Of a stretch of 64,000 nt of DNA, positions 60,899 to 64,000 are shown piece after piece (positions within the stretch are counted from its first letter, which is position 1; each line of letters begins with the position of its first letter). This DNA comes from Phyllosticta citribraziliensis (taxonomy: Eukaryota). The notes under the pieces were generated by a model. That model searched no databases. It had not been told where the DNA came from and saw only the letters and a program-made list of their open reading frames with translations. Location of the stretch: positions 620,001 to 684,000 of the forward strand of contig NW_027117349.1 of NCBI RefSeq assembly GCF_038025025.1, in the 5' to 3' direction. The position numbers and the translations under genes are program-made.

Positions 60899-62201
60899 AT
60901 GGCCGATGTCGAAACTGCTCCAGTGGTCCAAGATCAAGCGCAACAGAACGATGTCGTGGCTACCCTCGCTGAAGCGACTCAAGACGACGCAGACAAGACC
61001 ACCGCCGTCGTAACCACCAACGCCGAAGGCAAGAAAGTGAAGAAGATCATTCGGAAGAAGCGCCGCCCTGCTCGCCCTCAGGTCGATCCTAGCACGTTCA
61101 AGTCAGAGCCGCCCCCGCAGACTGGCACTATCTTCAACATATGGTACAACAAATGGAGTGGTGGTGATCGAGAGGATAAGTACCTCTCGAAACACGCCGC
61201 ACCTTCGCGCTGCAACGTTGCCCGGGACAGCGGATATACTCGAGCAGACAGCATACCCGGCTCTTACTTTTGCCTTTTCTTCGCACGAGGCCTGTGTCCC
61301 AAGGGCTCAGACTGCGAGTACCTCCATCGCCTCCCAACCATTCACGACATGTTCAACCCCAACGTCGACTGCTTTGGCCGCGACAAGTTTTCCGACTACC
61401 GCGATGATATGGGTGGAGTTGGTAGTTTCATGAGGCAGAATAGGACCTTGTACGTGGGCCGCATCCACGTCACGGACGACATTGAAGAAATCGTGGCGCG
61501 ACACTTTCAAGAATGGGGCCAGATTGATCGCAGTAAGTACTGGAACAGGCTCACATACCTTCCGTTTGAGTCACATGGCTGACGAGTAAAAAGTTCGTGT
61601 CTTGAACAACAGGGGTGTCGCCTTTGTGACATACAGCAACGAGGCAAATTCGCAATTTGCAAAAGAAGCCATGGCGCATCAATCATTGGATCACAACGAA
61701 GTCTTGAACGTCCGGTGGGCCACAGTAGATCCAAACCCACAAGCGCAGAAACGCGAGGCCCATCGCATCGAAGAACAGGCTGCCGAGGCCATTCGCCGTG
61801 CTTTGCCTGCCGACTATGTTGCAGAGATTGAAGGCCGCGATCCTGAAGCCAAGAAGCGGAGAAAGATCGAGGGCAGCTTTGGACTCCAAGGATACGATGC
61901 GCCAGATGATGTTTGGTACGCAAAAGAAAAATCGGCGCAAATAGAAGCCGCGCGAAACGGCGGCATGCTGGAGGCTCCTCAAGAGCAGAAGTTGCTCGAA
62001 GCTGCCGCTGAACAGGAAGAACAATTCGACTTGCAACGCGTATCAGACAAGAAACAAGTCGATGGATCGGGCGGAATATTTGACGCGAGCACTCTGGCCG
62101 CCCTCAAGGGATCCGGCGTTACCTTTACGGCCGGCAAGAAGGAAGATGCGAAGGCCAAGGGTCCCCTAGTTGCATACGACAGTGACGAGGACAGTGATTG
62201 A
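60899..62201 (+). CDS. CWC2: Pre-mRNA splicing factor Cwc2/Cwf2 (Torus zinc finger + RRM)
   Basis: Exons 60899-61532 and 61594-62201 (413 aa). PPQTGTIFNIWYNKWSGGDRED, FCLFFARGLCPKGSDCEYLH, NRTLYVG, AQFAKEAM-like SQFAKEAMAHQSL..LNVRWA. Confidence 0.95.
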
Positions 62202-63368
62202 AGTGGTTACTAAGTCTGCCTATGGAAACCATCAGAGCCAGGCCAAACTCAAGGTCAATCCAGAACAAAGTGGTCTTTGGCCATCTCGTCTTGAGACAGG
62301 ACTCATAAGGCATGCGTCGAGCTTTGCCAGCACCTTCGTTCGATACATGGATAACGAGAACTCGGCGGAAAACACCCGTGGCTCCTCCTTGCAATCAGAC
62401 CCAATCAGCTGCAGAGCTACTTGGACACTGGGGCGGGACATGGCGGTTGAAAGCGAATCAATGGGGAAATCACAGGTCTATCTGGTGCAGGTCCCAGAGA
62501 GTAAGCATGTGAGGCACTCAGCCAGAACTGCATCGCTACTGGTATTGGTAGGATGTGTAGGCTTGACGGAAAAATGCTACAAGAGCGGCGAATGAAGCCT
62601 TCAGTTCATTGAAGATTGCATGATGCGTGCGGCTTGTTTTGTCCGTTGTTGACGTGGCATCCGCGGTGATTGACAGTGATTTCGGCTTGCCAAACGTCAC
62701 AGACACAGATAAAGCCATTGTCTAGAGATCAGCAAGCACCAGAGTAGGAATAAAGTAAACAATCCAAGGGGGCTCGGTACCATTAGATTGGTGAATCTGG
62801 ATCCGGTTGCCGGTTGCTCTGTGCAAACAGCATTGGGTAGACTTGATTCTCCATTCTTTCGACGTCAGGCCATTTCCAGACCCAGTCGTTGCCACCCGGT
62901 TGACTGCTGCGTGCGGACCACGTTTCCTGGGGAGACCAGCCCTGTGACCCAAAGGTGTGAACGAAGGAATGACTCGCGAGAGCAGCCTTCGGAGAAGAGA
63001 GCGAATTGGAGGAATGATGAATGCTGCAGGTCTTCGGTCAAGCCACAAATTGTGCAGCTGGCCAAGGAGATTGCCTGGTGAAGAGGGCTTCGAGGCCTGA
63101 GTCGAATAATTTCGGGCGTTTGGGCGGATGATGACCGCTGCAAAGGTGCGTTCTCCGGGCGATGACGAAGGACAAACGGTGCGGCTGTCGTTGCCGTGGC
63201 AACTATCGGCCACCTTTTGTTTGCCCGGCTGCCCTCAGAATCTTTCAACTTTTTCAAAGTCACCACTCCTCTCGGCTCAGATCATTCAAAAGCACTCGCA
63301 TCCACCATCAAAGCATCCTCCAGTTCTCCAAAAGACTTACACCAAGCAACACTCCTACCCGCCTCACC

Positions 63369-63840
63369 ATGTCTTCCAACGTCCTCGCCGACCGCGACAC
63401 CAACGCGCAATTCTCCACGATCAACCCTGTCGAAGACAACAAGCCCAAGACAATGGAGTACCACCGCCAGCTCCTCGAGTCGCGCATGAAGAGCGGACAG
63501 TAAGTCTCTTTCTTTTCTTTCTACTAGACTCACCCACATCGCTCAAGGTTTGACCCTCCTCTCAGACTGGAGGAATCCAAATACGTCTCTCCTTCAGACG
63601 GCATCCAGTCGCCCGCTACTCAGAAGCTCGCCGCATTCAAGAACAAGCATGGTCTCCAAAAGTAAGCACAGCCCACGTGTCCTCGTGAAAGCTGCATGCT
63701 AACCACCGAGCTGCAGGGCGAAGCCCAAGACGCTGTTCGGCAAGATGAGCGCCAAGAACATGCAAGCAAATGGCAGCAGCATGTTTGCAGACATCCCGCA
63801 GAAGAAGGAAGACACGCCCACGAACACGCCGAGCTCGTAA
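63369..63840 (+). CDS. SPO12: Spo12 family protein
   Basis: Exons 63369-63499, 63566-63661 and 63717-63840 (116 aa). MEYHRQLL, YVSPSDGIQSPATQKLAAFKNK (paired SP motif), KPKTLFGK. Confidence 0.85.
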
Positions 63841-64000
63841 AAGCACAACGTTACGCCCCTTCGACCTTGAAGGAGTCGAGACAAACGGACACCACACGGT
63901 GATTCCGAAACACAGCATCGACGTGGATGATGAGAGACACAGCTCCATCACCTGCATGCATGACTGCATGTTCACAATATTCATTCTCGGTTGGGTTGGG

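Noticed and set aside
62170..63266. ORFs of 130-160 aa between CWC2 and SPO12
   Set aside because: Overlapping frames on both strands, none with recognisable features.
1..64000. tRNA, rRNA, CRISPR arrays, transposons, AT-rich RIP blocks
   Set aside because: None recognised by eye. The tandem repeats are short microsatellites without spacers. Small ncRNAs could be missed without tRNAscan/Infernal.

Overview
Eukaryotic, intron-containing DNA from a filamentous ascomycete (Pezizomycotina inferred from short GT-AG introns with CTAAC/CTGAC branch sites and from the gene set). I reconstructed about 25 protein-coding genes by hand, several of them missed or fragmented by the ORF track. Mostly conserved genes: KH RNA-binding protein, Zn-dependent dehydrogenase, Yippee, TPR-DnaJ, Hut1, Sec72, MARVEL-like, TBC Rab-GAP, Kri1, Sip3/Lam1, ABC-B transporter, Cwc2, Spo12. 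Most notable: (1) an orphan island at 39.1-42.0 kb containing a head-to-head pair of paralogous ~177-aa 'MGFWG..VFQSDRDLD' genes. They share UTR splice-site positions, one has a frameshift that a 22-nt micro-intron would repair, and a small spliced ORF beside them has ATA where ATG is expected. (2) A single-exon SAM-methyltransferase::GFA/CENP-V fusion. (3) A co-oriented ferric reductase-P450-FAD monooxygenase trio. (4) A possible HET-domain remnant next to an acidic F-box-like gene. (5) Recurrent GC-rich 3' gene ends flanking convergent, microsatellite-rich spacers. I recognised no tRNA, rRNA, CRISPR array or transposon. Family assignments are from motif recognition only; no searches were run.
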